In this document: piece by piece, positions 25,099 through 37,738 of the stretch
How positions within the stretch are numbered: the stretch's first letter is position 1
Layout: each line of letters starts with the position of its first letter
From: Fistulifera solaris
Lineage: Eukaryota
DNA: 64,000 bases
Assembly: GCA_030295235.1 (NCBI GenBank)
Contig: AP026123.1
Coordinates: 2,046,001 to 2,110,000, forward strand
Direction of reading: 5' to 3'
The notes under the pieces: model-generated
Databases searched by the model: none
What the model was told of the DNA's origin: nothing
What the model saw: the letters and a program-made list of their open reading frames with translations, nothing else
Translations under genes and position numbers: made by a program

Positions 25099-26249
25099 TT
25101 AAATATGGTGAACTTTCAATTTTACGAAACGTTCTTTACCAAACATGTCAAAGTGAGAGCTCACAAAAGCGACATGAGGATGACAGGCTAAGAGCTCTCG
25201 AAGGATAGCAGGCTGACTGGGATCCACTTCCATCCAACATGTGGCTGATGCATAGCACCAGTAGGGTAGTTTTTCGATAATGTCACGGATCACATCCAAA
25301 CCATCTTCTGAAAGACCCGACAGCGCTTGATGACTTTCATAATCTTTGACTTCTTTGTCGAGTTCCTTCATGTCTTCTGAGGGGGATGTAAGGTGGATTG
25401 CTGACCACTAAATCGAATCGACGGTCAACCACAAGGTCTTGAGCAGTGCACAACTGTGCGTCGTACTGCTCCTTCCATTGACTCCCGAGAACTTGTAGAG
25501 CGTTTTCTTGCGACGTTTGTACTGCAACGGGCTCCAAATCAATCGCGGATACGTGCAGGTAAGGAAACTTGGCGGCTAACGAGATACCAATGCATCCGGT
25601 ACCGCACCCGACATCGAGAATGTGCTGAATGGATGGATTTTCCGCGATTTCTTGTGCGACCAACTCGACCAGTTCTTCCGTTTCCGGCCGCGGGCATAAA
25701 AGCGGCGCCCGTACGCGAAACGTGTAGTCTAGAAAATCCCATTTGCCGATAATATACTGAATTGGCTCCTGTCGTTTGCGGCGTTGTAGTTTATCGGTTA
25801 ATTCTTCAGCTTCCTGCTCGGTGAGCAAACGACATGCCAGTTCCGCCAAATGTTGTGGGATAGCGTGCTGATTTGTAGCAATCCAAGTCAAATCTTTATA
25901 ACCAGTCGTCCACGGTAATCCTAGTACATCCGCTAAGATGTTAGTGACAGACACCGTGGCTTGTTCGTCTTCGATATCTTTCAAATCATGAATGGCGTGT
26001 GCGAGGACGAGCGCTACCGACATACCCGACGGATAAACACTGCCGTCGTGCAAACCCTTTAGCGAACTAAAAAAATCTCTCCAACAGCTTCCTTTCGGCA
26101 AAGATCGCGTCCAACGTTGTCGGAGAAAAGACGCCTGACGAAAATGGGTAAACGAAAAACCAGAGGTCAACACGGGATGTTGGCGACTCCGTGTCAGACC
26201 ACCGCTCCAAAAAAAGTAGTCCAATTAGCCTTGAATTGCGTTTTCGCAT
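25099..26249 (-). CDS. HEMK1: HemK/PrmC release-factor glutamine N5-methyltransferase, probably organellar (frameshifts ~26212 and ~25382)
   Basis: EPIQYIIGKWDF, PRPETEELV, SAM motif ILDVGCGTGCIG, NPPY, EVKDYESHQALSG. N-terminal extension is leader-like. Confidence 0.9.
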
Positions 26250-26639
26250 AGTAAATTGCATCTTCTTACTCAGATTGGTGATTTTGTCAACAAGTCAGAC
26301 AGCACTTCTCGAATGTGTGCAAAAGGGTCGGCAGAGAAGGCGAAAGCGGAATAAAGCGGACGAACAACCACCATCGTTCCGTTTGTCGCAGCAAAACCGA
26401 AAGTGTATTCATTTAAGCAGTGTCGCCCTTTAGTATTTCTGTTATTAAAGTAATGAGTACCACTAAGATTGCATTTCGGATTGTTGCTAACACGGCACGT
26501 GTATTTCGCCAAAAATCGACGAACGATGCAAACAACGGTCACTTAACGCAAAACACAAAACATTCGCATTTTTCCACTTCATCCCTTGTGACCGGTATTA
26601 TTCATTTTCATCGGCTGTTCATTCTCATAAAGTTAACAA

Positions 26640-27868
26640 ATGAGGAAATTGCTATTGCTGTGGATGTCATGTGTGTTCGCACGAGCGCTCGAGGAACAGA
26701 CGTGTCTATTGAGCAACGACGGATCGTGCCTGCCCGAGGATCTACCTCCGATTGTGGATGAGTATATTGACGTCGGCTTTGGTGATAGGCAGCAAGTTAC
26801 CGGCTCGCAAGAAACTATTGACGCAACAATGAAGCAAATACGTGAAATGGTTCGGTACATGCAAGGTACCGTCATGAAGGATCCGTCTTTCGAGGAGATT
26901 AAAAATGAATGCGCCAATCGCAATGAGCTCTGTGCCTATTGGGTAAGGTAGAAGGTCTTGTGCGATTGCTCCGGAGATCCATGATAAGACTCACATCTAT
27001 CGCTTCTATTGCGTAGGCATCGGTCGGGGAGTGCGAAGCTAATCCTAAATACATGAAAGTAACTTGTGCGCCCGCGTGCTTGACTTGTGATCATTTGAAA
27101 TTCGAAACACGATGTCCAGTTGATGAAGAATATTTGAAAGAAGGAATTTGGGGCCCGGGAGATCTCGATAAGATGTTCCGACGCATTGTGAACGAGTACG
27201 AGAACGTGACGGTCATGTCGAGTCCTGAAATGCGCTTGGAGACTTACGCGTATGACAATCCGCCTTGGGTCGTGGTGGTGGACGACTTTTTGACTGATGA
27301 AGAGTGTCAGGCGCTTATTGACTTGGGTGCAGCGAGAGGATACGAACGATCGAAAGATGTCGGAACACGAAAGTTTGATGGAACATACGGATCGGTCGAA
27401 AGTACGGGCAGAACGAGTAGCAATGCCTGGTGTGTCGACGAGTGCTACGAAGATCCCATCGCCAAACAGGTTTTAGATAAATTAGAAAAGCTCACGGGCA
27501 TTCCGGATGCCAATGCCGAGTATTTGCAGATGCTCAAGTACGAAGAGTCACAACGATATGAATCGCACCATGACTATATCATTTTCCACAGCCGTCGAGC
27601 ACAAGGTGTGCGAATTCTGACAGCATTCCTGTATTTGAACGACGTAGAAGACGGAGGTGGCACGCATTTTAACACGCTGGATCTAACCTGTATGCCCAAA
27701 AAAGGACGAGTTTTGCTTTGGGCATCGGTGAAAAATGACAAGCCCCATGAGAAAGACCGAAGGACGATGCACGAAGCTCTACCTGTGCTCAAAGGCATTA
27801 AATACGGCGCTAATGCTTGGTTTCACCAGAGAGATTTTAAAGCGCCGTTTGCCAACAATTGCATTTGA
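26640..27868 (+). CDS. Secreted/ER prolyl 4-hydroxylase alpha-like 2OG-Fe(II) dioxygenase with ShKT domain (intron 26943-27016)
   Basis: Signal peptide; ShKT CANRNELCAYW|ASVGECEANPKYMKVTCAPAC; RTSSNAW; HHD; FLYLNDVEDGGGTHF; HEALPV..GIKY.AN.W. Confidence 0.92.
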
Positions 27869-28009
27869 GCAAACCGGTTAAATGTGGATAGTTATGGTAA
27901 GTTAGGTCACACCTTTAATTTCGTTCAGAGTTTTAAACAAAACTAGCACCACATTCATGACAACGTTAACTAATTAAGATGCTGAATATCATGCCATGAA
28001 TATAATCTT

Positions 28010-30112
28010 CTACGCTTCAGGCTGAGTATCACCGGACTTGCTTGGGTATTCTAGCACCGCATGCTTGTAGATGATATCTTTGGGAGGGTCGATTTCCGGA
28101 AGCGATCGCACCAGTTGCTGCCATTCTGCGGTGTCACGACCATTGTGGTGCCACGGGCGTACCTCCGTAGGTAATCCGTGCTCCGCCAAATTTTCCCATG
28201 CACACTCTCTCCACGAAACATCGCGATAGATTTGCGGTTTCATGCCAAAGAAGTCGATGAGCAACCGCGTTTCTCGGCATCGGAGCACCACGTTGTCCAC
28301 GCGCACAAACAAACGAGCTAGAACGTACGCGCAGGTCGGCATCACTCGGAGTTTCACAGAATATTGCGCTTGTCCATTATCGTGTAAATCATCCTCGTAT
28401 ATCACGATATCATCAAAGAAAAGAATGGGAATTGACTGATCTGTCAAAAGTTCCATCCTCATTCCCGATTCATCGAGCTCGACCCATTCCCCTCCTTCGA
28501 CTGTGCCACAGTAGGGCGTACTGAAAGTCCAATCGTAGTGGAATACCGACGAGCTGTGCTCGTTGGTCGTAATGTGCTTTCGTCGGGATTCCCACTTCTT
28601 CGCATCGCTGGATTTGATGACATTCACCCCTTGATAGGGAAGACGACTCATATGTGGGATCATACTGTGGCACTGGGCCCAGCTATTCAGAGCAGCTGTT
28701 GCGTCCCAACTCAGCCAAACTCCATTACCTTCCAAAGCAACGTGTGCCACGTTGAAGACCATTTCTGGGAGGCAAATCCTGCGCAACGGCTTGGGTGTGC
28801 TCGGTGATTGGGCCATTTCTTCCATTGACTCACCGTTCTCCTTGTACCAGGCTTCGTTTGCAATTGGGCCTTGACTGGTTCCGATGTAAAAACCAGCAAT
28901 GGTGACACCAACAAGAGCACCTTCCCACATGATTGGCTTGGCATACTGTTCGAGCCTGGTCGACACATGTCGCTTTTTGGAGATATCGTTCGGGATAGAA
29001 GTTTGATCATTAGAAGCAACCGGCAACTCGCTAGGAGCTTCCACTGCAGGGGCCTTTTTGGCATAGTCTGCTTCTTCATTCTCTTCTTCAAATACAAGAA
29101 TACCTTGGGACGCTTGCATGAAAGCATCTTCTTCTGGATCGCCATCCTCATCATGTGAATCTCCGTTTGTCTGGCGAGGACTTACGGTATCAATTCCCAA
29201 ATCCTTCGCCAGAGTGCCATCTTGGTGTGACATGTCAAACAACTCCCATCCACCCCAGTAAGAATTCGTATTCCCCACAGAAACGAAAATGCGCGGGTAG
29301 TCTCTCTGTCTGTAGGACAAAGCCATGAGCTCATTGCGGGCAGGATGTCCTGGAGCATCGGCATTCACCTCCTCGAATGGGATATTCTCTTTACGAAGCA
29401 CAGCAGCTATTTGTTCTTGATAAGACACTTGCTCCTTAGTAGTCGATTCCAATGATGTTAGGACAAGAACCTTTACAGGGCTCTTAATTTGCACAGGAAC
29501 AGGATTCGCTACTTCTTGTTGAACTGGACCTGTCATGACAGTGTCCTCATCGGCGTTGGCGTTAGCTAACCGTGCTTCTTCACCCTTAGCTCTCGTTTCG
29601 CTAGCACGCTTGGCATCAGCAGCAGGGACTTCGTCTTCCAACCATGTTTCGTGAACATGGATCCAGCTGAAAGGCTTCGTCTTATCTTGCCGATACAACA
29701 AACAAGTGCTCAAGCGACCGAACTGTTGCGTTTGGTTGGCGTCCATATCGCCGCTGGCGCTGTCGTCCATTTCTTGCTGCCAAGACTGCCATTCTTCGTA
29801 AGTTACGAGGAACTTGTCTCCGTCACTCCATATCAATTGTACGTTGTAAATGTCAATTTCGAAGACACGATCGTGGTAGCAACCGTATTTGTCTTCGAGA
29901 TGCCCGAGGAGAATCTGCCGACCCGACAAAAATTGACCATTCGGCGCTACGTGCGAAAACGAATCGGAAAGTCGCAAACGCAGTTCTTCCTGAAGCTCCT
30001 CGAGAGCACGTGTTCCTCGAAACCATTGCACGAAGAGACCATGTAAGTCTTCGACTTGCTCGGCACACAGGCCTTCGAGCTCGGTTTTGTCCAGATTTTT
30101 GGGAATTGACAT
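28010..30112 (-). CDS. Fusion protein: SnoaL/NTF2-like N-domain + SH3BGR/glutaredoxin-like domain + TIP41 domain
   Basis: N-terminal LHGLFVQWFRG...YEEWQ...WIHVHETW. Middle IPFEEVN...RNELMALS...YPRIFV. C-terminal LPEMVF, YDWTFSTPYCG, LFFDDIVIYEDDLHDNG, VKLRVMP, RVDNV..R.RETR (TIP41). Confidence 0.8.
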   Translation of the reverse strand: MSIPKNLDKTELEGLCAEQVEDLHGLFVQWFRGTRALEELQEELRLRLSDSFSHVAPNGQFLSGRQILLGHLEDKYGCYHDRVFEIDIYNVQLIWSDGDKFLVTYEEWQSWQQEMDDSASGDMDANQTQQFGRLSTCLLYRQDKTKPFSWIHVHETWLEDEVPAADAKRASETRAKGEEARLANANADEDTVMTGPVQQEVANPVPVQIKSPVKVLVLTSLESTTKEQVSYQEQIAAVLRKENIPFEEVNADAPGHPARNELMALSYRQRDYPRIFVSVGNTNSYWGGWELFDMSHQDGTLAKDLGIDTVSPRQTNGDSHDEDGDPEEDAFMQASQGILVFEEENEEADYAKKAPAVEAPSELPVASNDQTSIPNDISKKRHVSTRLEQYAKPIMWEGALVGVTIAGFYIGTSQGPIANEAWYKENGESMEEMAQSPSTPKPLRRICLPEMVFNVAHVALEGNGVWLSWDATAALNSWAQCHSMIPHMSRLPYQGVNVIKSSDAKKWESRRKHITTNEHSSSVFHYDWTFSTPYCGTVEGGEWVELDESGMRMELLTDQSIPILFFDDIVIYEDDLHDNGQAQYSVKLRVMPTCAYVLARLFVRVDNVVLRCRETRLLIDFFGMKPQIYRDVSWRECAWENLAEHGLPTEVRPWHHNGRDTAEWQQLVRSLPEIDPPKDIIYKHAVLEYPSKSGDTQPEA

Positions 30113-30650
30113 TCTGCTTCCTGCTGCCGCCGGCTTTTAATATAAGTTGTTAATGCAAAGTATCACTAAACGAAAAGTAAACAAGAAACAAGCTTGATTG
30201 GCAATTGCCTCCACCTCTTGTGTGTTTGTTGACAAGATCCGCTTGACGTTGCGGTCATCGATGATCGATGATGACCGCGAAAAATGTTAAGGATTTTTGG
30301 TGCGTGCGGTACCGTACTGTACTGTATAGAGTAGAGACCGTAGGGCTACTTATAGTGCGGTACTCAGTTTCAGTCGCGGTTCGATGGACTTTTCCAAAAA
30401 AGCGAAAAAAGTCCACCAGTGACGGGATTGCGTTTTCGTTTTAGGCGACTGCCTTTGATCCCCGCACATTTTGGGCTATACTGACTTTTGGTGTGACTTC
30501 TATTATTTAGGGTGAAGGCATTGCTGTGCCTGCGCGCGCAGCAAAGAGCGGCGCGGTCGGCGATGACGTGTGACACGAGAGACGCGAGGTTGAAAGAATT
30601 ACTGTATTGATCGGCATTTTTTTGCTTCCAAAACAAAACGAACGTGAATA

Positions 30651-31424
30651 ATGAAGAAAGTAGTTCTTTTATTGACGCTCTCTTTTATCAATGCTCAAGG
30701 TCAGAAGAAAACAATTAATGTAAACGACCTGGGCGAGCTCCGCGGACTATTCGACGCTCTTTCCGGGGCCTCACAACAAGCAAAGGACGGTTCCTGTCCT
30801 CACAAATGCGAAGACGACTTGTTTCCCGTCCCAAAGAAAAGAATACGGCCGTATTCTAACGGCTGCAGCGTGCCCGAAAGTATGAGAAAAGGCTTGGGCG
30901 ATTATTCGTATTTTGAGGTGTGCTGCGATTTGCATGACGCCTGTTATATGAGCTGTGGTGTACACAAACCGCTGTGCGAGAGCGAATTCCAGAAGTGTAT
31001 GAAACACCAATGCAAAAAGATGAAATCAAAGGGACAAACTCAGGAATGTGATAGTATGGCTAATTTATTTGTAACAGGTACATCCATCTTTGGTTGTAAA
31101 GGTTACATGGAACTACAAGATGAAGGTTGTGACTGTGTTGCTCGAGCTGACGCAGAAGCCCGTGCGAAAGAGTACGCGGAAGAGTTCTACGCTACCTACA
31201 ATGGTACACATGCACTACCGGAGTCTTTCACGAGCCTTTATTTTGACCTTTCGCCCAAAAGGAACCGAGAGGACGTGATCAAAAAGTATGGAGAGATGTT
31301 CTTTCGACTCTACAGAAAGTATCCGCAAGCAATTCATGTCATTTCGCGTGATGGTAAAAGTGGAAGAAAGAAATCAAGCCAGTTTCAGCCACCCTCTTCG
31401 AATGTTATCAGCGATGAATTGTAA
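30651..31424 (+). CDS. Group XII-like secretory phospholipase A2
   Basis: Signal peptide; NGCS...CCDLHDACYMSCG..K..CE.EF.KCM (His-Asp dyad); FGC..Y...Q...CDC. C-terminal SDEL. Confidence 0.8.
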   Translation: MKKVVLLLTLSFINAQGQKKTINVNDLGELRGLFDALSGASQQAKDGSCPHKCEDDLFPVPKKRIRPYSNGCSVPESMRKGLGDYSYFEVCCDLHDACYMSCGVHKPLCESEFQKCMKHQCKKMKSKGQTQECDSMANLFVTGTSIFGCKGYMELQDEGCDCVARADAEARAKEYAEEFYATYNGTHALPESFTSLYFDLSPKRNREDVIKKYGEMFFRLYRKYPQAIHVISRDGKSGRKKSSQFQPPSSNVISDEL

Positions 31425-31531
31425 TCATAAAGCGTTGTACAGTAATATCAGCAGGCGAACAAAAAACTACAGTTTTGTTGCATTTAAATGGTAGAATACA
31501 ATTGCAGCACTAAAATAAACACTAAGAATAC

Positions 31532-33698
31532 TCAAGCCATCGAAGTGACCGATACTTGCCGCTCCATCTGATACTGAACTTGGTTTGCGACTGGTCCACC
31601 GCCCAAAAATTTGCGTATAACATCGCCGCTGCGCCCTTTTCCGAGTTTGTAGTGGATCATTGCAAGCTTCCTATCCTCTTTTCGAATAGCCGTTCTCTTC
31701 TACTCGCTTCCCTCTCGCTGACTGCCGCGGACTCAAACAACCGCTCGGTAGCTGCCTCCCAAGAAAGAAGGTGGCGCAAATTTTGACTAAGCGGTTCGGG
31801 TTCAGTCGACCGCGCTTTGCTGAGTTGCTGAACAAACTCGGCAGCATTGCTATAAAAAAGAGCATTAGGAAAGGATTTGAAAAATTCATTGGACGGGTGT
31901 TCCGGCAAAATAACAAACTTTCCCATCGCCAAAGCCTCAGCAGTCGTGGTGCAGAGAACTTCCGAGATACTTGGATTGACAAAAATCTTATACTCTGTGC
32001 CGATCGATGCATGGTCTGTCCGCCCCAAAAACTGAACCGGAAGTGGGCAACCTAACAATCGTCGTCGTTGCAGAGATGCCCAATAAGTCGGCATTTTCGC
32101 AGAATCTTTCGTTTCACTATTATTACAGGACTTTGGTGCGCCGGACGTGCGGAACTCACTGTTGTCGGTCATGGTTGAGATTGAACCGCTACTCGTACTA
32201 AGAGAGCTCAAAAGCGCATTTCTTGTTCCCTTGTAAGCAGTTTCGATTTCATCTCCTTCAGGCCCGCTTCCAAAAAATATCCATGGGGAAATACTCTCCC
32301 TTGGAATGCTTGTAGCACTCTTCCAGATACAACAGCTGATCCAGACCTTTAGCCCAGAGAAGCTTTCCTAGGAAGTAAATGCGGTTACCATCGGGAGGAG
32401 CGCACTCCAAAAACTCGTTCCGTATGCCGTGCACGTTGCATACCACTTCTTTGTGCTTTGCGTACTCCTGAAGCACATCCGACAACTTGATTACTTGATC
32501 ACAGTACGCGCACACCAAACCTGCTGAAACTGCTTCAACGATGGGTGCGGAAAATAAACCGGTTACATGTTGCTCGGCGTAATATTTATAATTCGTGTGC
32601 ACAATTCCAATGGTGTAGAAAGAATCGTAGGAACAGGAAGATGAAGGGGCGCGGAAATAATTCAAGTGCTCCGGCTCCTCTAAAATACAGACAGCTCGTT
32701 TCTTTTGCGAGTTGCTGTCACAACTCTCTGCTTTACTCTCCAATAGTTCAAAAATGTCACCCATAGCGAAAATGCTGGACAGAGCCGCATGATACCGCGC
32801 CGGATAGTAGTGAATGTTCAGCTCGTGAGCAATTGAAGGTAAATGTGCTGATGAATCTATCCAATCTCGAATATAATCGGTCTGAGTTTCTGGTGTAGCG
32901 TGTCTCCAGTCGTCTCCATATAAGGCGGCTCGATCATCTGACGACTCTAGCCATGGTATTACAAGATGAACAGGGCCAGCCTGTGATATCGAGCCAACTC
33001 GTTTCTCTTCCTGTCTATGCTTCAGTAAGTATGCGGCGCGCAACAATGGATTAACAGCTGTTCCGGTGAACCACGGAAGAGCTGCCGTAGTGACAATCCA
33101 AATAGGACGACTCGAATCTCGGAGATTTGAGATAGCGGTTGGTATCGTTTCCGACATCAATAGTTCTTCGTCAGTAAACTCATCCGAGAAGGACGCCCTT
33201 GACCAATGTCCGGCTTCCGTTGAAAATGATGAGAACGACAGCCAAGAACTAATCTTGGCCAACGGCGAAAAGGTTTCGTCCGTGTTCTTCTCCGCATACG
33301 AGGCGTGGTCGTCAGTAGTAATTGATAGCCTGTTCTTAGGCGTCCGCGTTGTAATCATAACCGGAAGTGAAGAACAAATAGAAGCTCTTGTCATTCCCCT
33401 GCAATCATAGTCCTGCTCGCATTCATCTTCATTTGTTGTTACTTCAAAAGCCGGTTGTCGCTTCGTAAAAAAGAAGAACGGTCGCGGACACAGTGGATGC
33501 AAAAACATGCCTTTTTCTGGTTTCCAAGCAAAATGAAAACGTTGAGTTATCTACTTCATCAGCATCATTCGGACTAGCCGCCGTTAAAGTAGCAGACCCG
33601 CTACTGGAAGAAAAGGACAAGCTGTTGCTCGAACTATTATCCAATTCAGAATCGCCTTCGTTGCTCTCCGAGAGTGAGCAAATGCTTAAGTTTCCCAT
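31532..33698 (-). CDS. DGD: Digalactosyldiacylglycerol synthase (GT4), several frameshifts
   Basis: IVTTAALPWFTGTAVNPLLRAAYL, ILEEPEHLNYFR, GIVHTNY, NVHGIR, YFLGKLLWAKG, FVNPSISEVLCTTTAEALAMGKFVI, LSWEAATERL. The C-terminus HYKLGKG...LGGGPV lies in a shifted frame and ends at TGA 31534-31532. Confidence 0.92.
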
Positions 33699-34552
33699 TC
33701 CTCAATTTCGGCGATAATGGTGAAAGATGTTGTGGGGTTCCACTATTGCAAAAGTATTTGCTGTCCTGGATGAAAAAAATGTGAAAAAGAATTATTCGAT
33801 CAAGGAGCGCCGCCAGCATGCAGCACGGCGCACAGCGTGAAATTTACTGGACAAGTCACGGGAAGCATTGCGCTCGTTCAACTTTCAAACTTCTTTTTCA
33901 ACAGACAGCAACAGCGCCAACTTCCGTGCTCGCGAATTCCACTCTCCGTCAGAATAGGAAATGCAGTAGACGTGTGGGACTCAACGTGCAGCCAACGGGG
34001 GGACACGGAGCAGACGGAGCAAACACTGCCGGCGTGCCGAGGCGAAACGAAAACCTAAACGCTATTGGTCTAAGGCTTGATACATAGTGGGCGGAAAATG
34101 CTGTACTGTATAAAGGAAATATCCTTGTGTCCTACCAGTTACAAAAGTGCTTAAGCGAATCGTTACACTCACGTTTTGGAATTAAAGTAAAGTACTAACA
34201 GGGATCTTGAAGTACAATTTCAGGAAAGATTCTCTCCGGAAATTTCAAAATGTCAATGGACTGGCCTCTCTGGCATTATCTGTACGCTTACAACCACTGC
34301 GATCACGGATGCTCAAGCCAAAGCGTGCGAAGCCGGAGTCTTGGTTTTTCGCCTTTTTCATTCGATCCCTTTCTACCATCACAATCGAATAATAATCGAG
34401 ATCGAGGGGGGAAAGGGGGGAGTCGACGACAGTATCACGATTGAATTATTTGTGCAGTGAAGTAAAAATTTTAGAGTTTGTGATAAAGCTGGTGGACTTA
34501 TTCGCGGTGGACTGGAAGAGAGCTATTATTTCTTAACAAAAATCACTTCAGG

Positions 34553-35161
34553 ATGGAGAAATACCGACTTGTGCAAGAACATAAAGTAGAAGGAAGTGAA
34601 ACGGAGGGATTCGCTGCTACAGATGCCTCGGGTTTCCCGGAAGTTCGGATCACCCAGCAAGGAAAACCGAGGAATTACATATCGTACGCTATGAGCTTGT
34701 TTGTAAGTTTCAGAAAGTCGAGGTGTAACAGTCTCTTGCGTGTAATAGGAAGGCTTGCAATGCGAACGTCGAACTCAACGTGACTAATTTGTGTGCTTTG
34801 GATTGTTCAGACGGATGGATCAACTACTATAGTTTTGAAAGCTATGGGGCGGGCTATCAACAAAGCTGTCACAATAGCAGAGATTTTGAAACGAAAGATA
34901 CCTCTGCACCAACAAAATAACCTTAGTTCTGTTGAGATGGTGGATGTCTACGAGCCGATAGAAGAGGGTCTCGATGTTGTGACTAGTCGAAGATACGTTT
35001 CGTGTATGACAATAACATTAAGCCAAACATCCGAGGCCCTAGATCCATCTCATACTGGCTATCAACCACCTCTTTCGGAGCGTGATATTCATCCAGGAGA
35101 CTATCACGCTTCCGCGAGAGGAGAGGCAAACAGAACCCCACAAACATTGATATACAGCTAA
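34553..35161 (+). CDS. Alba-family (Rpp25-like) RNA-binding protein (intron 34703-34810)
   Basis: EVRITQQGKPRNYISYAMSLF|TDG...IVLKAMGRAINKAVTIAEILKR...EPIEEGLD...ITLS...GYQPP. Confidence 0.92.
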
Positions 35162-35373
35162 GCAGAAAAAATATGGGATTCGATATGTTGAAGCAGCCGC
35201 GGACGATGGTTCACCTTGAGCACATTTGGATCCAGCCGCTGGCAAAAACATGTGTAAATTAGGCGGACAGGGAGGGACTAGACACAAACTTAAAATATAG
35301 AGCAGTCCGGTTTTAACCAACAAAAATGTGTAGTTGAATTAATTAGTACCGGTAATCTTTTCTTGTAGAGAGC

Positions 35374-37738
35374 TTAATTACTCTCCATCCCAAATAAGCG
35401 CTGGAAATTATCCCATTCGACAGAACCGCTTTCACGCAAATCTAGCAAATCAAACAAATCGTGAACATCTTCTTCAGTACAATGAGGGTTAAAATTTAGC
35501 AGCAGCTTTCGAAGATCGGCAAGTTCAAGTGATCCAGTACCTTGTGTCATGAAAGAGTCGTACGTAGAGCGTAGTTCCTTGCTCGACCGAGGAAATGGTT
35601 TCTTTGTAGCAAGGCAAATAGCCTTCTGGAACTCTCGACGAAGCGAATTTTCGCGTATGCATTCGTGAAAAAGAGGGTTGGTGCTGACCAGAGCATTAAA
35701 GTCTTTTGCAGTTATAGTCCGAATTGAGCAGCGGTCACTTGTACAAGTAGCTACTGCATTCCGACGGGAATTGAATAGAAACGCCGCTTCGCCAAAAGTG
35801 AAACCAGGTCCAATGGACGATACCACGTGATTAGTATCCGTGGAAATGGTAACCCGCCCGTCAAGTAAAAGAAATACATGTTCAGCGATCTCGCCCTTGG
35901 TGAACACTCTCTCTCCTTTCTTGTAATGTTTTTCGACCATCCTTTCCTGACAGTAATCCTCCAAGATTTTTCGCACTCTCTCTTGCCGCCGACTGTTATG
36001 CGTCGACCGCAAATGTAAGTCCACATCCAGATCTTCGGTCAAATATTTCTCAAAGTACTCTCTGGATACTTCGATGGCGTGGACTGGAGTTAGACATTTT
36101 ATAGTGCCCGATCGGACGCGGTCAGGATGTAACAATGCGCCTTCGCCGAAAAACGATCCCGGTTCTCCCAAAGTGGTGCGGAATCCGTCTTTAGTTGAGA
36201 CTTCTACTTTGCCCGAGTTCAAAAAATACATGGCGTGTCCATGGTCACCCTCGTGATATATTACATGACCCTTCGGATAGAATCTGTTTTTCATATGCTC
36301 TGATAGTAGATCGTAGAAATCTGAAAGAGTCAAATGCTCGTCTCCATTGTCAGTTTCCACTTTGATAGATCCACCTTGTGCTAGCTTTCTCAATTCAGCT
36401 ACTGACAGGTAACCATCATTGTCGGCATCCAAATCCCTGAAAGCGCGCTCTAAAAGATCTCGTCGTTTGGTGTCCCCTCGTTCCGACTTCGCTCTTCCCA
36501 AAGAGAGCATGTCTTTGAAAACAGCCCTCCGATCTTGGTTCGAAATTTACGTTGTGCCATTAACTTTGTGTTGATGTGTTCTATCTTGCCTTGTCTAGCG
36601 GTCTCACCCCGAACCCAAGGATGTTCCAGCAGCTGGTCTGCTGTCCACCGCTTCCGAGGATTCCACTCGAGTAATTTTTCAATGACGGATATTGCGTCCG
36701 CTGACAAATGCGAAGTTAAAGGCGAGTCGCGGAGCGGGGCTTTTCCCCGGATATGATGGCATCAATAACTTCATCATTCGAAGCATTTCCGTACAAATCA
36801 AACGGATGCACACCAGTCAGCATGATATACATGATCACACCCAGTGCCCACATATCAAATCTGGCATCAACTGCGACTGGTTTCTTCGCACGTTGCTGTT
36901 TGAGAACTTCCGGTGCGCTGTATGCCGGAGTAGTTGTAAGGGAACTACTTTTTGAGAAGCGATGATGTCCGGATCGTCGACGACTTGAGCGCACCCAAAG
37001 TCAACTACTTGGATAATGGCGTCCGAGCTGCTGACTGAAGTCAACATGACATTTTCAGGCTTCATGTCCCCGTGTATGATTCCTATCCCATGGAGAAAGG
37101 CTAGAGCACTAGCGACTTCACGCACGAGCCTCGCGGAATCGGCTTCCGAGTATGCCCCATGCGCACACAACTGATCAAACATTTCTCCGCCCTGAATCAA
37201 ATCCAGCACTAGATAGTAAAAATCCCCTTCCTCAAAATTCTCTCGTAACCCACAGATATTTGGATGACCACCGGCATCTCGTAATCGCAAAGGGCACCCA
37301 TTTCCCTCTGAAACGTCTCATTGTCTGTAAATCGTTTAGGAATCTTCTTCACAGCGACTTTTCACCGGATCCATGTTCGACTGCTTCATATACAGCGCCA
37401 AATGTTCCCTCCCCCAGTGGCTCCGACCAGTTGACTTTGTATTTGGACTTCAATGTGACGCGCGTCGCGGATTCTTCCATCTTTTCAATCGTCCTATGGC
37501 GCCGTAAACCAGATCGTTGACCCATGAATGCTCCAAAATCGCACGCTGCTGGATTTCGGGACGGAAATATCATGCGGAGATCCGACGTAGTTGGGAATGC
37601 ATGCACTGTGTCTCGGTCTCCTCCATTATCAAGATTCGACGTGCATGCGAAATAGACGGCGGGGGACGATAGAACGGCGAGATCCCATCGAAACAAGCTT
37701 TTGGATATTTTCGAGAAAGTCTTTCTAGTCCAACTCAT
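35374..37738 (-). CDS. Ca2+/calmodulin-type Ser/Thr kinase with EF-hands and two cNMP-binding domains (about four frameshifts)
   Basis: LGEGTFGAVY, HGDMKPEN, VDFG, APE, DMWALGV; EF-hand DADNDGYLSVAE; cNMP motifs FFGEGALL..RSGT and FGEAAFL..RNA; C-terminal EF-like DLRESGSVEWDNF. Confidence 0.88.
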
